From: an uncultured Clostridia bacterium
GTDB taxonomy: Bacteria; Bacillota; Clostridia; Christensenellales; Borkfalkiaceae
Direction: 5' to 3'
Assembly: GCA_947625605.1 (NCBI GenBank)
Contig: CANQOY010000005.1
Location: 3,206-67,205, forward strand
DNA length: 64,000 nucleotides
A program made the translations under genes and the position numbers. Positions 1 to 8,877 of this stretch are shown here, in pieces. How positions within the stretch are numbered: the stretch's first letter is position 1; the number at the start of each line of letters is the position of its first letter. Below the pieces are notes generated by a model. That model did no database searches, was not told the origin of the DNA, and was given only the letters and a program-made list of their open reading frames with translations.

Positions 1-59
1 CCTGAGCTCCGTCGAAAGGTGACCACATTATAAAATAAGGTTATGTTTCGACTTCGCTC

Positions 60-260
60 AACATGACGATTGGAATGCCCACCACTCGGTTGCGATGACA
101 GGGGCAACCCCCACCCCTACCCCGCCCCCTTCAACGGGGGCAGGTAAGGGCACTGCACTGTTGAGCAAGAATTGCCCCGCTCCACCCTTCAAAGGGGGCG
201 CCAAGGGGCGGGGCGGACATTTTGCCGCGGAAAATGTTTCAACTTCCCCTATGCGGGGTA
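60..260. repeat. mosaic palindromic repeat cluster (reverse-oriented copy)
   Basis: 151-205 is the reverse complement of 39882-39935 (CTTGGCGCCCCCTTTGA(A/G)GG..GGAGCGG.GCAATTCT(T)GCTCAACAGTGCAGTG). CGATGACAGGGGCAACC at 93-109 resembles 57022-57036. Confidence 0.6.
108..129 (-). other. canonical G-quadruplex motif (G5-N1-G4-N2-G4-N1-G5 on the minus strand)
   Basis: The plus strand reads CCCCC-A-CCCC-TA-CCCC-G-CCCCC, inside the repeat cluster. Confidence 0.6.
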
Positions 261-369
261 TCATAGTGATTGTGAGGCGGAGAGGAAAATTTTTGCGGAC
301 AGCGCATTGACTTTTTCCGTCCTCCGTGCTACAATTTCAATGATATCGGAAAAAAGGAGTGAACCTATC

Positions 370-816
370 ATGATCGACTACACCTTAAAGGCGCTCACGG
401 CCGATGAGCTTTCCTTCAAAGTCAACCCCATCAAAGTGGCCCCCGACACCAAGTTCGAGATCAAGCCTTTCTTCTCCCGCCGCATCCAGTCGGCCAAGGA
501 GAACCCGAAGATCAACATCGTGATCCTCGAATGCAAGATCGAATCGACGGCGGAATCCCCCAAGCCCTTTAACCTCATCGCGCGCTTCGTAGGCGTGTTC
601 GAAGTCAACAACATGAACACCAACGAGGACCGCCGCATGTTCGCCATCAACGCGACGGAGACGATGTTCCCCTATCTGCGGGCCTCCGTCTCCAACCTCA
701 CGTCTGCGGCGCTCATCAATCCGCTCAACCTCCCCGTCGTCTCGGGCGCGACCCTCTTCCCCGACGACAGGCAGGAACAGTACACCATCAACTTCGACCC
801 CAAAACCGTAAACTGA
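370..816 (+). CDS. SecB-like export chaperone (148 aa)
   Basis: In frame with ORF 172..816. ATG 370 follows SD AAGGAG (354-359), and a TTGACT-17-TACAAT promoter lies at 307-335. The C-terminal half (NATETMFPYLRASVSNLTSAALINPLNLPVV) resembles the SecB family core. Terminator at 829-857. Confidence 0.6.
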   Translation: MIDYTLKALTADELSFKVNPIKVAPDTKFEIKPFFSRRIQSAKENPKINIVILECKIESTAESPKPFNLIARFVGVFEVNNMNTNEDRRMFAINATETMFPYLRASVSNLTSAALINPLNLPVVSGATLFPDDRQEQYTINFDPKTVN

Positions 817-828
817 GCCTTTCCCTTT

Positions 829-857
829 GCGCCCTCCTGCACGGAGGGCGCTTTTTT
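829..857 (+). terminator. intrinsic terminator after the SecB-like gene
   Basis: GCGCCCTCC-loop-GGAGGGCGC followed by TTTTTT. Confidence 0.8.
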
Positions 858-947
858 CGTATGGGGAAAATTTTTCCGATTGGTCTTGATTTTTGTCATG
901 GGATTTGTTACAATGGAATGCAACGCAAAAGAGGGGAGGAGCATTTC

Positions 948-2432
948 ATGGAAGATAACAACTTGCCCGAACGGGCGCCCGAGCCCGCACCGGACGGCAA
1001 AGCTGCGGCCAAAAAGGGCTTCCTCGGCCGCGTGGACACGTTCTTCGGCATCACGAAGAGCGGCTCGTCTTTCCGCACCGAGATCGTCGCCGGGCTGACG
1101 ACCTTTATGGCGATGGTGTACGTCCTCCTCGTCGTGCCGGACATGTACCCCGACAGCGTCTCGTTCGGCGCCGTGTATATCGCGACGGCGCTCGGCGCGA
1201 TCGCGGGCACCATGCTCATGGCCTTTCTCGCCAAGATGCCCCTCGCGCAGGCCTCGGGGCTCGGGGCGACCGCCTATGTGACGGGGACGCTCCTCGGCGG
1301 CTCGATGGGGCTCACCTACGCGAACGCCATGGTGTTCGTCCTCCTCGGCGGGGCGATCTTCGTCCTGCTCACGGCGACGGGCCTGAGGAAGAAGATCCTC
1401 GCCGCCATTCCCAAGGAAGTCAAGGTGACCGTCCCCGTCGGCATCGGCATGTTCATCGCCTTCATCGGGTTCAACAACGCGGGCGTTGTCAATCTTCACG
1501 AGGGGAGCATCGTCTTTGCCTCTTTCAACGTGCTCAACGAGGCCGTCACCTATCGGGGCGCGATCGGGGCGCTCGTCGCGCTGCTCGGCGCCGTCGCCAT
1601 CGCCGTCCTCGCGAAAAAGAACGTCCGCGGCGCCATCCTCTGGGGCATGCTGGGCTCCGCCGCCGTCTACTACGCCCTCATCGGCCTCGGCTGCGCATGG
1701 AACGCCTACGGTTGCAGGGAGGTGTTCACGGGCATCGCAAGCGGATTCGAGGACCCCTTCAAGGCCTTCGGCGCGTGGGGGAAGGAGGCCGCGGGGCAGC
1801 TCTTTATCCATGGTTTCGACTTCGGCGGCATCGGCGCGGGGCAGCTCGTCGTCGTCATCATCACGACCTCCCTCTCGCTGTGCATGCTCAACATGTTCGA
1901 TACCCTCGGCACCCTCTACGGGGCATGCTCGAAGGGCGGACTGCTCGATGAGAATGGCAACCCCGTGCGCGCGAACCAGTGCATGCTCGCAGACGCCATC
2001 GGGACGTGCGCGGGCGCCGTGTTCGGCGCGACGACCGTCACGACCTATGTCGAGTCCTCTTCGGGCGTCGCCGCGGGCGGACGGACGGGCTTCACCGCCC
2101 TGATCACGGGCGTATGCTTCCTCATCGCCACCTTCCTCTCCCCCATCGCCAAGCTCGTGCCCACGGCCGCGACCTCGGCCGCGCTCATCTGGGTGGGCGT
2201 GCTCATGATGTCCTCCGTCAAGGACATTGACTGGACGGACCCTGCGGCCGCGCTCCCCGCCTTCCTCACCATCGCGGTGATGGCGTTCGGCTACTCCATC
2301 TCGTACGGCATCGGCGTGGGCATCATCTCCTGCGTGCTCGTCAAGCTCTTTACGGGCAAGGTGAGGGAGATCTCCGTGGTGACATGGGTGATTGCGGCGC
2401 TCTTCGTTGCGATGTTCGTCCTGACGAACTGA
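948..2432 (+). CDS. NCS2-family purine (adenine/guanine/hypoxanthine) permease, AzgA/PbuG type
   Basis: ATG 948 follows GGGGAGGAG. The N-terminus FFGITKSGSSFRTEIVAGLTTFMAMVYVLLVVP and many hydrophobic segments are typical of NCS2 permeases. Confidence 0.85.
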   Translation: MEDNNLPERAPEPAPDGKAAAKKGFLGRVDTFFGITKSGSSFRTEIVAGLTTFMAMVYVLLVVPDMYPDSVSFGAVYIATALGAIAGTMLMAFLAKMPLAQASGLGATAYVTGTLLGGSMGLTYANAMVFVLLGGAIFVLLTATGLRKKILAAIPKEVKVTVPVGIGMFIAFIGFNNAGVVNLHEGSIVFASFNVLNEAVTYRGAIGALVALLGAVAIAVLAKKNVRGAILWGMLGSAAVYYALIGLGCAWNAYGCREVFTGIASGFEDPFKAFGAWGKEAAGQLFIHGFDFGGIGAGQLVVVIITTSLSLCMLNMFDTLGTLYGACSKGGLLDENGNPVRANQCMLADAIGTCAGAVFGATTVTTYVESSSGVAAGGRTGFTALITGVCFLIATFLSPIAKLVPTAATSAALIWVGVLMMSSVKDIDWTDPAAALPAFLTIAVMAFGYSISYGIGVGIISCVLVKLFTGKVREISVVTWVIAALFVAMFVLTN

Positions 2433-2450
2433 GGCATGAAAAAAACAGGA

Positions 2451-2478
2451 CCCCCTCCGCGGAGGGGGTTTTTGTTTT
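2451..2478. terminator. bidirectional terminator between the permease and hydrolase genes
   Basis: Palindrome CCCCCTCCGCGGAGGGGG flanked by an A-run and a T-run. Confidence 0.8.
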
Positions 2479-2530
2479 GCGGACTTCGGATGGGCGCCCT
2501 GTCATCCCGAGGGCGGGTGTTACCGCAGGG

Positions 2531-3430
2531 CTATGCGCGCGGGGCGGCGCGGACGATGTTTTCAAAGAAGGCAAGAAGGGTGCCCCATTTCTCCTCCCGC
2601 CCTTCCGCTTCATTGAGAAATTCATGGCGGGAATTCGGGAACAGGACGAGGGATACCTCGGACATGCCCCCCTTGCGCGTGTAAAAATCGTACAGTTTCC
2701 GCACGCCCTTGCCCATGTTTCCGACGGGGTCGTTCTCCCCCGAGACGAGGAGAAGAGGGAGGTCCTTTCTCAGCCCGGCAATGTATTTTTTCGTATAGAG
2801 GCTGCGGAGCCCCTTGAAGAAATCCCTGTAAAAACGGTTGGAGCAGGTGAACCCGGAGAGCGGATCGCCCGCATACTTCTCGTTGTTTTCGGGGTCGTTC
2901 GAGAGCCACTGCCCGTCCTCGAACTTCTTGGAATAGGCGCCGAAGGAGAGCTTCTCGATGAGGCGGGCAGGCGAACTCTCCCGCCCGAGATGGGAGACCA
3001 GCGAGCCTGCGTACACCTCGGCGTCCTTTTTATAGCTGCTCCCGCCGATGACGGCGCCGTCGATCTTCTCCGCATAGTCGGAGATGTAGCGCTGGGTCAA
3101 AAAGGAGCCGTAGGAAAACCCGAACAGGAAATACTTCAACCCGGGATATTTCGCCCTGTAACGATCGGTGATCTCCCCCTCGTCGCGCACCGTGTCCATG
3201 AACATGTCCCCCGCATGGTAGCCGAGAGAATCGGGGTCCGTGAGTCCGTGCCCGCGGTGGTCGTCAGCGACGACGACGTACCCATGTCCGTTGAGGAAGC
3301 GCGCAAATGCGTCGTAGCGCGCCGCGTGCTCCGTCATGCCGTGCACGATCTGCACGACCGCTTTGGGCTGTTCGGCCTCCGTCCATTCATGCACATAGAT
3401 CTCCGCCCCGTCAAACGATCTGAATTTCAT
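2531..3430 (-). CDS. alpha/beta hydrolase (lysophospholipase/monoacylglycerol-lipase-like)
   Basis: HG motif (VQIVHGMTEH), nucleophile elbow GFSYGS, about 300 aa. ATG 3430 with SD AAGGAGA. Confidence 0.8.
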   Translation of the reverse strand: MKFRSFDGAEIYVHEWTEAEQPKAVVQIVHGMTEHAARYDAFARFLNGHGYVVVADDHRGHGLTDPDSLGYHAGDMFMDTVRDEGEITDRYRAKYPGLKYFLFGFSYGSFLTQRYISDYAEKIDGAVIGGSSYKKDAEVYAGSLVSHLGRESSPARLIEKLSFGAYSKKFEDGQWLSNDPENNEKYAGDPLSGFTCSNRFYRDFFKGLRSLYTKKYIAGLRKDLPLLLVSGENDPVGNMGKGVRKLYDFYTRKGGMSEVSLVLFPNSRHEFLNEAEGREEKWGTLLAFFENIVRAAPRA

Positions 3431-3614
3431 GCCGTCTCCTTTTCCCCGCGCGGGCTCTTCCGCAGGCGGGATTTTTTTCCATTATAGCACATTCTTCCCG
3501 AAAATCAATCCCTCGGCGGGAATTTTCCGCCCTCTTTCCGAGGCGCGCCGCAAAAATTCCGCTTCCCGCCCAAAGTTCGTTGCGCTTTTCGCGGTTTTGT
3601 GGTATAATGAATGT

Positions 3615-4424
3615 ATGATCGTTTCGGATATGCACACACACTCCTCCTTTTCTTCGGACGGAAGAGCCTCACTCTCGGACATGGTAGCCGCGGCGAAGGC
3701 CATCGGCCTGCGTTGCTACGGCGTTACGGAGCACATCCACGGGGATGAGCCCTCCCTCGCGCAGTACGGGGAAACGGACGCCGCGGCCTATTTTGCCTGC
3801 GCGCGGGCGCTGCAAGAGCGGGAATGCGGCGAAAACTTTTCCTTCTTCGCGGGCGGGGAATACAACTATGCCCCCGATCCGCGCGCGCTCGACTACCTCG
3901 TCGCCCTCTCGGAAAAGTACCGCCCCGACTTCGTCGTAAACAGCGTGCACAACGTGGACGGCGCGAAGTGCTGCCATTTCTCCTATTTCGAGGGCAAGAG
4001 CAAACAGCGCGCGTACGGGCGCTATCTCGAAGAGGTGCGCCGCAGTCTCGACGCGCCCTATCCCTACGACATCGTGGGGCACCTCGGGTACGTCTCCCGC
4101 AGCGCTCCCTATGCGGACAAAAAGCTCCGCTACGACGAGTTTGCCGACCTCTTCGACGAGATCCTCCGCACGGTCATACGGCGGGGCGTGATCCTCGAAG
4201 TGAACACGGCTGCGAGCAATTCGGGGAGCGAGTTTCTGCCCGACGCAGACGTGCTCGCCCGCTACTTCGAGCTGGGCGGGCGCAAGATCTCTTTCGGATC
4301 GGACGCGCACTACCCCTCGCGCATCGGGGAGAAGCGGGAGCTCGTGTGCGAACAGCTCGCCGCGATCGGCTTTACGGAGATCACCGTCCCCAATCGGGGA
4401 ACGCATATTACGATCGGCCTCTGA
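3615..4424 (+). CDS. PHP-domain histidinol-phosphatase-family protein
   Basis: N-terminal DMHTHSSFSSDG metal-binding motif of PHP/HisJ-type phosphatases. ATG 3615 lies 6 nt after an extended -10 (TGgTATAAT, 3600-3608), a leaderless-type start. Confidence 0.75.
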   Translation: MIVSDMHTHSSFSSDGRASLSDMVAAAKAIGLRCYGVTEHIHGDEPSLAQYGETDAAAYFACARALQERECGENFSFFAGGEYNYAPDPRALDYLVALSEKYRPDFVVNSVHNVDGAKCCHFSYFEGKSKQRAYGRYLEEVRRSLDAPYPYDIVGHLGYVSRSAPYADKKLRYDEFADLFDEILRTVIRRGVILEVNTAASNSGSEFLPDADVLARYFELGGRKISFGSDAHYPSRIGEKRELVCEQLAAIGFTEITVPNRGTHITIGL

Positions 4425-4439
4425 GCCGATCTTTTTTTT
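4412..4439 (+). terminator. intrinsic terminator after the PHP gene
   Basis: GATCGGC-CTCTGA-GCCGATC followed by T8. The stop codon lies in the loop. Confidence 0.75.
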
Positions 4440-4493
4440 GCCGCTTTTTTCCTCCCTTCGCCGATTTTTTTTCGCAAAATTTTCCCCCTCCCC

Positions 4494-4550
4494 TTGACAA
4501 CGCCGAAACAGAATGATATAATAACATGCGTTATCAATAACACTTGTTAT
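4494..4550 (+). promoter_or_regulatory. TetR-operon promoter with two operator-like palindromes
   Basis: TTGACA 4494-4499, 17-nt spacer, TATAAT 4517-4522. Palindromes ATAACATGCGTTAT 4521-4534 and ATAACACTTGTTAT 4537-4550. Confidence 0.65.
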
Positions 4551-4564
4551 GAAAGGAGGTTCCT

Positions 4565-5122
4565 ATGCCCGCAAAAACGGTAGCGGATCGGGATCGCTTC
4601 CTGAAAGCCGCCATGAAGATCGTGAAAAAGAGGGGGATGGACGGCCTGAACATGCGCGCCGTCGCCAAGGAATGCGGCTGCTCCACCCAGCCGCTGTACC
4701 ACTGCTTCTCGGGCATGCCTGCCCTGAAAGAGGCCGTCGCCGCGCAGATCGTGCAGATCTATCAAGGGTTTCTGCGCGACGAGATCGCCTCGGGCGAGTT
4801 CCCCGAATACAAGGCCGTCGGCATGGGGTACATCCGCTTTGCGAAGGAGGAGCCGCAGCTGTTCAAGTATCTGTTCATGCGCGACAGACACGGCTCGGAT
4901 ACCATAGACGAGGACACGGGCTTCGAGGAAGAGGCGCTTCGCATCGCGCAAAAGACGGGCGTGGACGAACGCCGCGCCCGCGAACTCCACGCGCACATGT
5001 GGGTGTGGGTGCACGGGATCGCCGCCATGTACGCGACGGGCTACCTCAGTTGGGACCGCGAGACGGTGAGCCGCATGCTGACCGACGTGTTCCTCGGCGT
5101 AAAACAGCGTTTGGAGGAATAG
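4565..5122 (+). CDS. TetR/AcrR-family transcriptional regulator
   Basis: N-terminal HTH (LNMRAVAKECGCSTQPLYHCF). SD AAAGGAGG. First gene of a TetR-ABC transporter operon. Confidence 0.85.
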   Translation: MPAKTVADRDRFLKAAMKIVKKRGMDGLNMRAVAKECGCSTQPLYHCFSGMPALKEAVAAQIVQIYQGFLRDEIASGEFPEYKAVGMGYIRFAKEEPQLFKYLFMRDRHGSDTIDEDTGFEEEALRIAQKTGVDERRARELHAHMWVWVHGIAAMYATGYLSWDRETVSRMLTDVFLGVKQRLEE

Positions 5123-5125
5123 GGA

Positions 5126-6040
5126 ATGGGTATGATGATCGAGATCAAAGACCTCTGCAAATCCTATCAGGGCGTGAAGGCGGTGGACGGCCTCACCTTT
5201 TGCGTGCGCCGCGGCGAGCTCTTCGCCTTCCTCGGCGTAAACGGCGCGGGCAAGTCCACGACCATCAACATTCTCAGCGGGATCTTGCGGCGGGACGGCG
5301 GCACGGTGGAGGTGTGCGGCGAAAGCATCGACGACCGCCCCGCGTATGTCAAGCAGAAGCTCGGCGTCGTCTTTCAGAGCTCCGTGCTCGACAAGCGCCT
5401 GACCGTGCGCGACAACTTGAAGAGCCGCGCAGCGATGTACGGCATCTTCGGGGACGCGTTCAAAGGCAAGCTCAACGCGCTCTCCGCACGCTTCGGCCTC
5501 TCGGAGATCCTCGGCCGCCCCGTGGGGAAACTCTCGGGCGGGCAGAGGCGGCGCGTGGATGTGGCCCGCGCCCTGATCAACGACCCCGAACTTCTCATTC
5601 TCGACGAGCCCACCACGGGCCTCGACCCCAAGACCCGCCGCACGGTGTGGGAGGTGATCCAGACCTGCCGCAAAGAGCGCGGCCTGACCGTGCTCCTCAC
5701 CACCCACTACATGGAAGAGGCGGCCGTCGCGGACAACGTCCTCATCATCGACGGCGGCAAAAAGGTGGCGGAGGGCACCCCGCACGACCTCAAAACTGCG
5801 TATGCGGGCGACTTCATCCGCTTCTATACCCGCCTCGACGAGGCTGAGAACGCCCTCCGCGGCCTCGGCTGCCCCATGCGGCGGGAGCAGGGCTTTTTGG
5901 AGGCCGAACTCGCGAGCACCGCCGAGGTCGCCGCCATGATCCGCACGTTCCCCGAGATCTTCGAGGACTTCGAGGTCCTCAAAGGGAACATGGACAACGT
6001 CTTTCTGAAAGTCACGGGAAAGGATATCCGGGAGGGATAG
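5126..6040 (+). CDS. ABC transporter ATP-binding protein (ABC-2/DrrA type)
   Basis: Walker A GVNGAGKST, signature LSGGQRRR, Walker B LLILDEPT. SD GGAGG 8 nt upstream. Confidence 0.9.
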   Translation: MGMMIEIKDLCKSYQGVKAVDGLTFCVRRGELFAFLGVNGAGKSTTINILSGILRRDGGTVEVCGESIDDRPAYVKQKLGVVFQSSVLDKRLTVRDNLKSRAAMYGIFGDAFKGKLNALSARFGLSEILGRPVGKLSGGQRRRVDVARALINDPELLILDEPTTGLDPKTRRTVWEVIQTCRKERGLTVLLTTHYMEEAAVADNVLIIDGGKKVAEGTPHDLKTAYAGDFIRFYTRLDEAENALRGLGCPMRREQGFLEAELASTAEVAAMIRTFPEIFEDFEVLKGNMDNVFLKVTGKDIREG

Positions 6041-6041
6041 G

Positions 6042-7016
6042 ATGAACGAATTCGGAAAACTCTGCGCGCTCGTTTCGCGCAATATCAAGTGCTATTTCAA
6101 GGATAAATTCCTGTTCTTCGTCTCGCTGATCACCCCGATGATCCTCCTCGTCCTGTTCGCGACCTTCCTCCGCGGGGTGTACATGTCCTCCTTCGAGGGC
6201 ATCTTCCGCGCCGTCGGTTTCGAACTCGCCGACGCGCGCGTCGTCGAGGGGCTTGCGGGGAGCTGGCTGCTGTCCTCCATCCTCGCCGTCAGTTCGGTGA
6301 CGGTCGCCGTGTGCTCGAACGCCGTGATGGTCAACGACAAGATCGAGAATACCCTGACCGACTTTTGCGTCACGCCCGTCAAGCGCACGACGCTCTCCGC
6401 CGCGTACTTCATCGCGAACTTCACGGTGACGCTCATCGTCCTGCTCGCCGTGCTGGCCGTCGGCTTGGTCTACCTCGCCGCCGTCGGCTGGTGCCTCGCC
6501 TTCACGGACATCCTCGCGATCCTCGCGGACGTGATTTGCAGCGTGCTGTTCGGGACGCTGGCCGCCGCCGTGATCGGGAACTTCATCTCCACGCAGGGCG
6601 GGCTTTCGGCGGTCTCCACCCTCGTTTCCAGCCTGTACGGCTTCCTCTGCGGCGCGTACATGCCCCTCTCGCAGTTCGCCGACGGGCTGCGCAGCGTCAT
6701 CTGCTGTCTGCCGGGCACTTACAGCGTGGGCATCCTGCGCAACCACTTCATGACGCCCTATATCCAAAAACTGACCGGCCTCGGATTGCCAGAGGCCGGC
6801 GCAAAGGGGCTGATGGACAGCTTCGATTGTAATCTCACGTTCGGCGGAAAATTCGACAAGGTCGGCTATGTCGGCGGCACGCAGATCCCGCTCGGCGCCA
6901 TGTACGGCATCCTCCTGGGCGCCTGCGCGATCCTCTTCGCCGTCTACTTCGTGATCGTCGCCGTGAAAAACCGCGAGGGCGAACGCGCGGTGCGCAGGCC
7001 CAGACGGCCGGCATAG
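6042..7016 (+). CDS. ABC-2-type transporter permease
   Basis: Starts 1 nt after the ATPase stop. Multiple hydrophobic TM segments and operon context. Confidence 0.75.
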   Translation: MNEFGKLCALVSRNIKCYFKDKFLFFVSLITPMILLVLFATFLRGVYMSSFEGIFRAVGFELADARVVEGLAGSWLLSSILAVSSVTVAVCSNAVMVNDKIENTLTDFCVTPVKRTTLSAAYFIANFTVTLIVLLAVLAVGLVYLAAVGWCLAFTDILAILADVICSVLFGTLAAAVIGNFISTQGGLSAVSTLVSSLYGFLCGAYMPLSQFADGLRSVICCLPGTYSVGILRNHFMTPYIQKLTGLGLPEAGAKGLMDSFDCNLTFGGKFDKVGYVGGTQIPLGAMYGILLGACAILFAVYFVIVAVKNREGERAVRRPRRPA

Positions 7017-7048
7017 GAGCGCCGCCGCCCGCAGGGAGGCGGAACGGG

Positions 7049-7879
7049 TTACGGGAGGAGTTCGGAGAGCCTGTCCGCAAGGGAGGCGAACTGTTCGGGG
7101 GTGAGCGTCTCCCCCCGCGCGCCCTCGGGGACGCCCTCTTCCGCCAGCACCGCCCGCGCCTGTACGCGGGAGAGCCCGAAGGCCTGCATGAGGTTGTTTT
7201 CCAGCGTCTTTCTCCGCGAGACGAACGCCGCCCTGACCACCGCGCGGTATTTCGCGGGATCCTTGACGGGGAGCCTGTCCTCTTCAAAGAGGATGCGCAC
7301 GACGGCGGAATCCACGTTGGGGCGGGGGACGAACATCGTGCGCGGTACCTTGCGCGTGATCTCGCACGTTCCCCTGCGCGCGATGGCCGCCGTCACCGCG
7401 CCGTACGCGGGCGAACCCGCCTGTGCGGCGAAGCGTTCGGCGACTTCTTCCTGTACCATGACCGTGATCCCGCGGCAATTTTGCGCTTCTTCCACGAACC
7501 GCATGACGACGGGCGTCGTGATGTAATAGGGCAGGTTCGCGACGACGACATACTCCCCGAGCTCCTTTTCGAGCGCGGCAAGATCGCACCTGGAAAAGTC
7601 GCGGAAGACGATCTCCGCGTTCTCGCAGCCCGCGAGCGTCTCCGCCAAAACGGGCCTGAGCGTGCGGTCGATCTCGAAGGAGAGCACCCGCTTCGCCCGT
7701 TCGGCGAGCGCACGGGTGAGCGCGCCCGCGCCCGCCCCGATTTCGAGGACGACGGTATCCTCCCCCACGCCCGCATCGCTCACGATCGCGCGCAGGAGGT
7801 TGCCGTCCGTGAGGAAATTCTGCCCGTACTTCTTCTTGAAGCCGAAGCCGTGCCTCTGCAAGATCTCTCCGATTTCCAT
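7049..7879 (-). CDS. rsmA: 16S rRNA (adenine1518/1519-N6)-dimethyltransferase
   Basis: KKYGQNFL N-terminus, SAM motif VLEIGAGAGALT, NLPYYITTP. ATG 7879 with SD GAGGGGAAG. The 235 upstream codons of ORF 7049..8584 are Arg/Gly-rich read-through. Confidence 0.9.
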   Translation of the reverse strand: MEIGEILQRHGFGFKKKYGQNFLTDGNLLRAIVSDAGVGEDTVVLEIGAGAGALTRALAERAKRVLSFEIDRTLRPVLAETLAGCENAEIVFRDFSRCDLAALEKELGEYVVVANLPYYITTPVVMRFVEEAQNCRGITVMVQEEVAERFAAQAGSPAYGAVTAAIARRGTCEITRKVPRTMFVPRPNVDSAVVRILFEEDRLPVKDPAKYRAVVRAAFVSRRKTLENNLMQAFGLSRVQARAVLAEEGVPEGARGETLTPEQFASLADRLSELLP

Positions 7880-8049
7880 TCTTCCCCTCGCATGCGGGGC
7901 CCGTCCCCGCGCATACTGCGGAAAGGGATCCCCCACAAAAGATACAAAGGGCCGGAAGTTCGCTTTCGGCCCTTCGGCTGATTCCGAAGAGATTATACCA
8001 CCTTTTGCGGCGGTTGGCAAGCGGTTCGCGGCCCCGCCCTTTCCGGCCC

Positions 8050-8877
8050 TCACGCCCCCGCGGGGAGCAGGCTCTTCAAGGGCTCGAAATAGGCGCCGCG
8101 CCCGAGCCCCGCGAGAAATTCCTCCTCCGAAAGTTCGCCGAGAAATTCCTGCCCCTCGAACAACACGAGCGTGAGATATTTGTCCTCCCGCAGAAAGCGG
8201 ATGGCGTCCCTTGCGGGAACTTCTGCGGAGATGGCCACCCGCCGTTCCTCGACGCCGCGCGCGAACCGCTTCGGCGAGAAGGAGACGCGCGCATACGATC
8301 CGCCGCCCAGCGCCCCCGCGGCGAGAAAGCACGCAAAGGCGAGCGCCGACCACTGCGGCGAGGAGAAACAGCTCCACACAAAGAACCCCGCGATCGCGAG
8401 CGCGGTGAGATAGCTGACCGCGGCGCAGACCGCGCGGGCACGCCGCTTCCCGAAGCGCTCCAAGAGGAGGCGGAGCATGCGGCCGCCGTCCAGCGGATAG
8501 GCGGGGAGCAGGTTGACGAAGAAGAGCGAAAAGGATACGCTTGCCGCGAGTTCGGTGTAGGGGTACGTTTCGGGGTACATCCACCAGAGCGCGAGAAAGA
8601 AGATGCCCGTCGCAAAGTTGGCAAGAGGGCCCGCCGCGAGCACGGCGAGCTCCTGCTTTTTTCCGATCCCCGCAATGTCGCCCGAGATCATCGCCCCGTA
8701 GGGCATGAGCACGATCTTATCGAGAGAGTAGCCGAACCGCCGCGCGGCGTAGGCATGGGCGCATTCGTGCTCGATGGCGGCGAGGCATGCGGCGAGGAAG
8801 AGGAAGAGCGTCCCCGTAAACGCCGAGAGCACGCCCACCGCCAGAAAGAGCGGATGGATCCTGACTTTCCCCTTCAT
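8050..8877 (-). CDS. spoIVFB: M50 site-2 protease, SpoIVFB-like
   Basis: HExxH (IEHECAH) and NLLPAYPLDGG motifs, CBS-like C-terminus. ATG 8877 overlaps the upstream stop (TGATG). The track's 8886 start is a TTG. Confidence 0.75.
   Translation of the reverse strand: MKGKVRIHPLFLAVGVLSAFTGTLFLFLAACLAAIEHECAHAYAARRFGYSLDKIVLMPYGAMISGDIAGIGKKQELAVLAAGPLANFATGIFFLALWWMYPETYPYTELAASVSFSLFFVNLLPAYPLDGGRMLRLLLERFGKRRARAVCAAVSYLTALAIAGFFVWSCFSSPQWSALAFACFLAAGALGGGSYARVSFSPKRFARGVEERRVAISAEVPARDAIRFLREDKYLTLVLFEGQEFLGELSEEEFLAGLGRGAYFEPLKSLLPAGA

Noticed and set aside
858-947. Purine riboswitch upstream of the NCS2 purine permease
   Set aside because: A TTGATT-17-TACAAT promoter leaves only about 25 nt of 5'UTR, which is too short for a purine aptamer. 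No conserved aptamer motifs were seen.
7880-8584. N-terminal 235-codon extension of the rsmA ORF. The analogous long extensions of the rsmG, DUF1273, 13573 and spoVT ORFs were also checked.
   Set aside because: The extensions are Arg/Gly/Pro-rich with no family similarity. The conserved family N-termini begin at internal ATGs that have good SDs.
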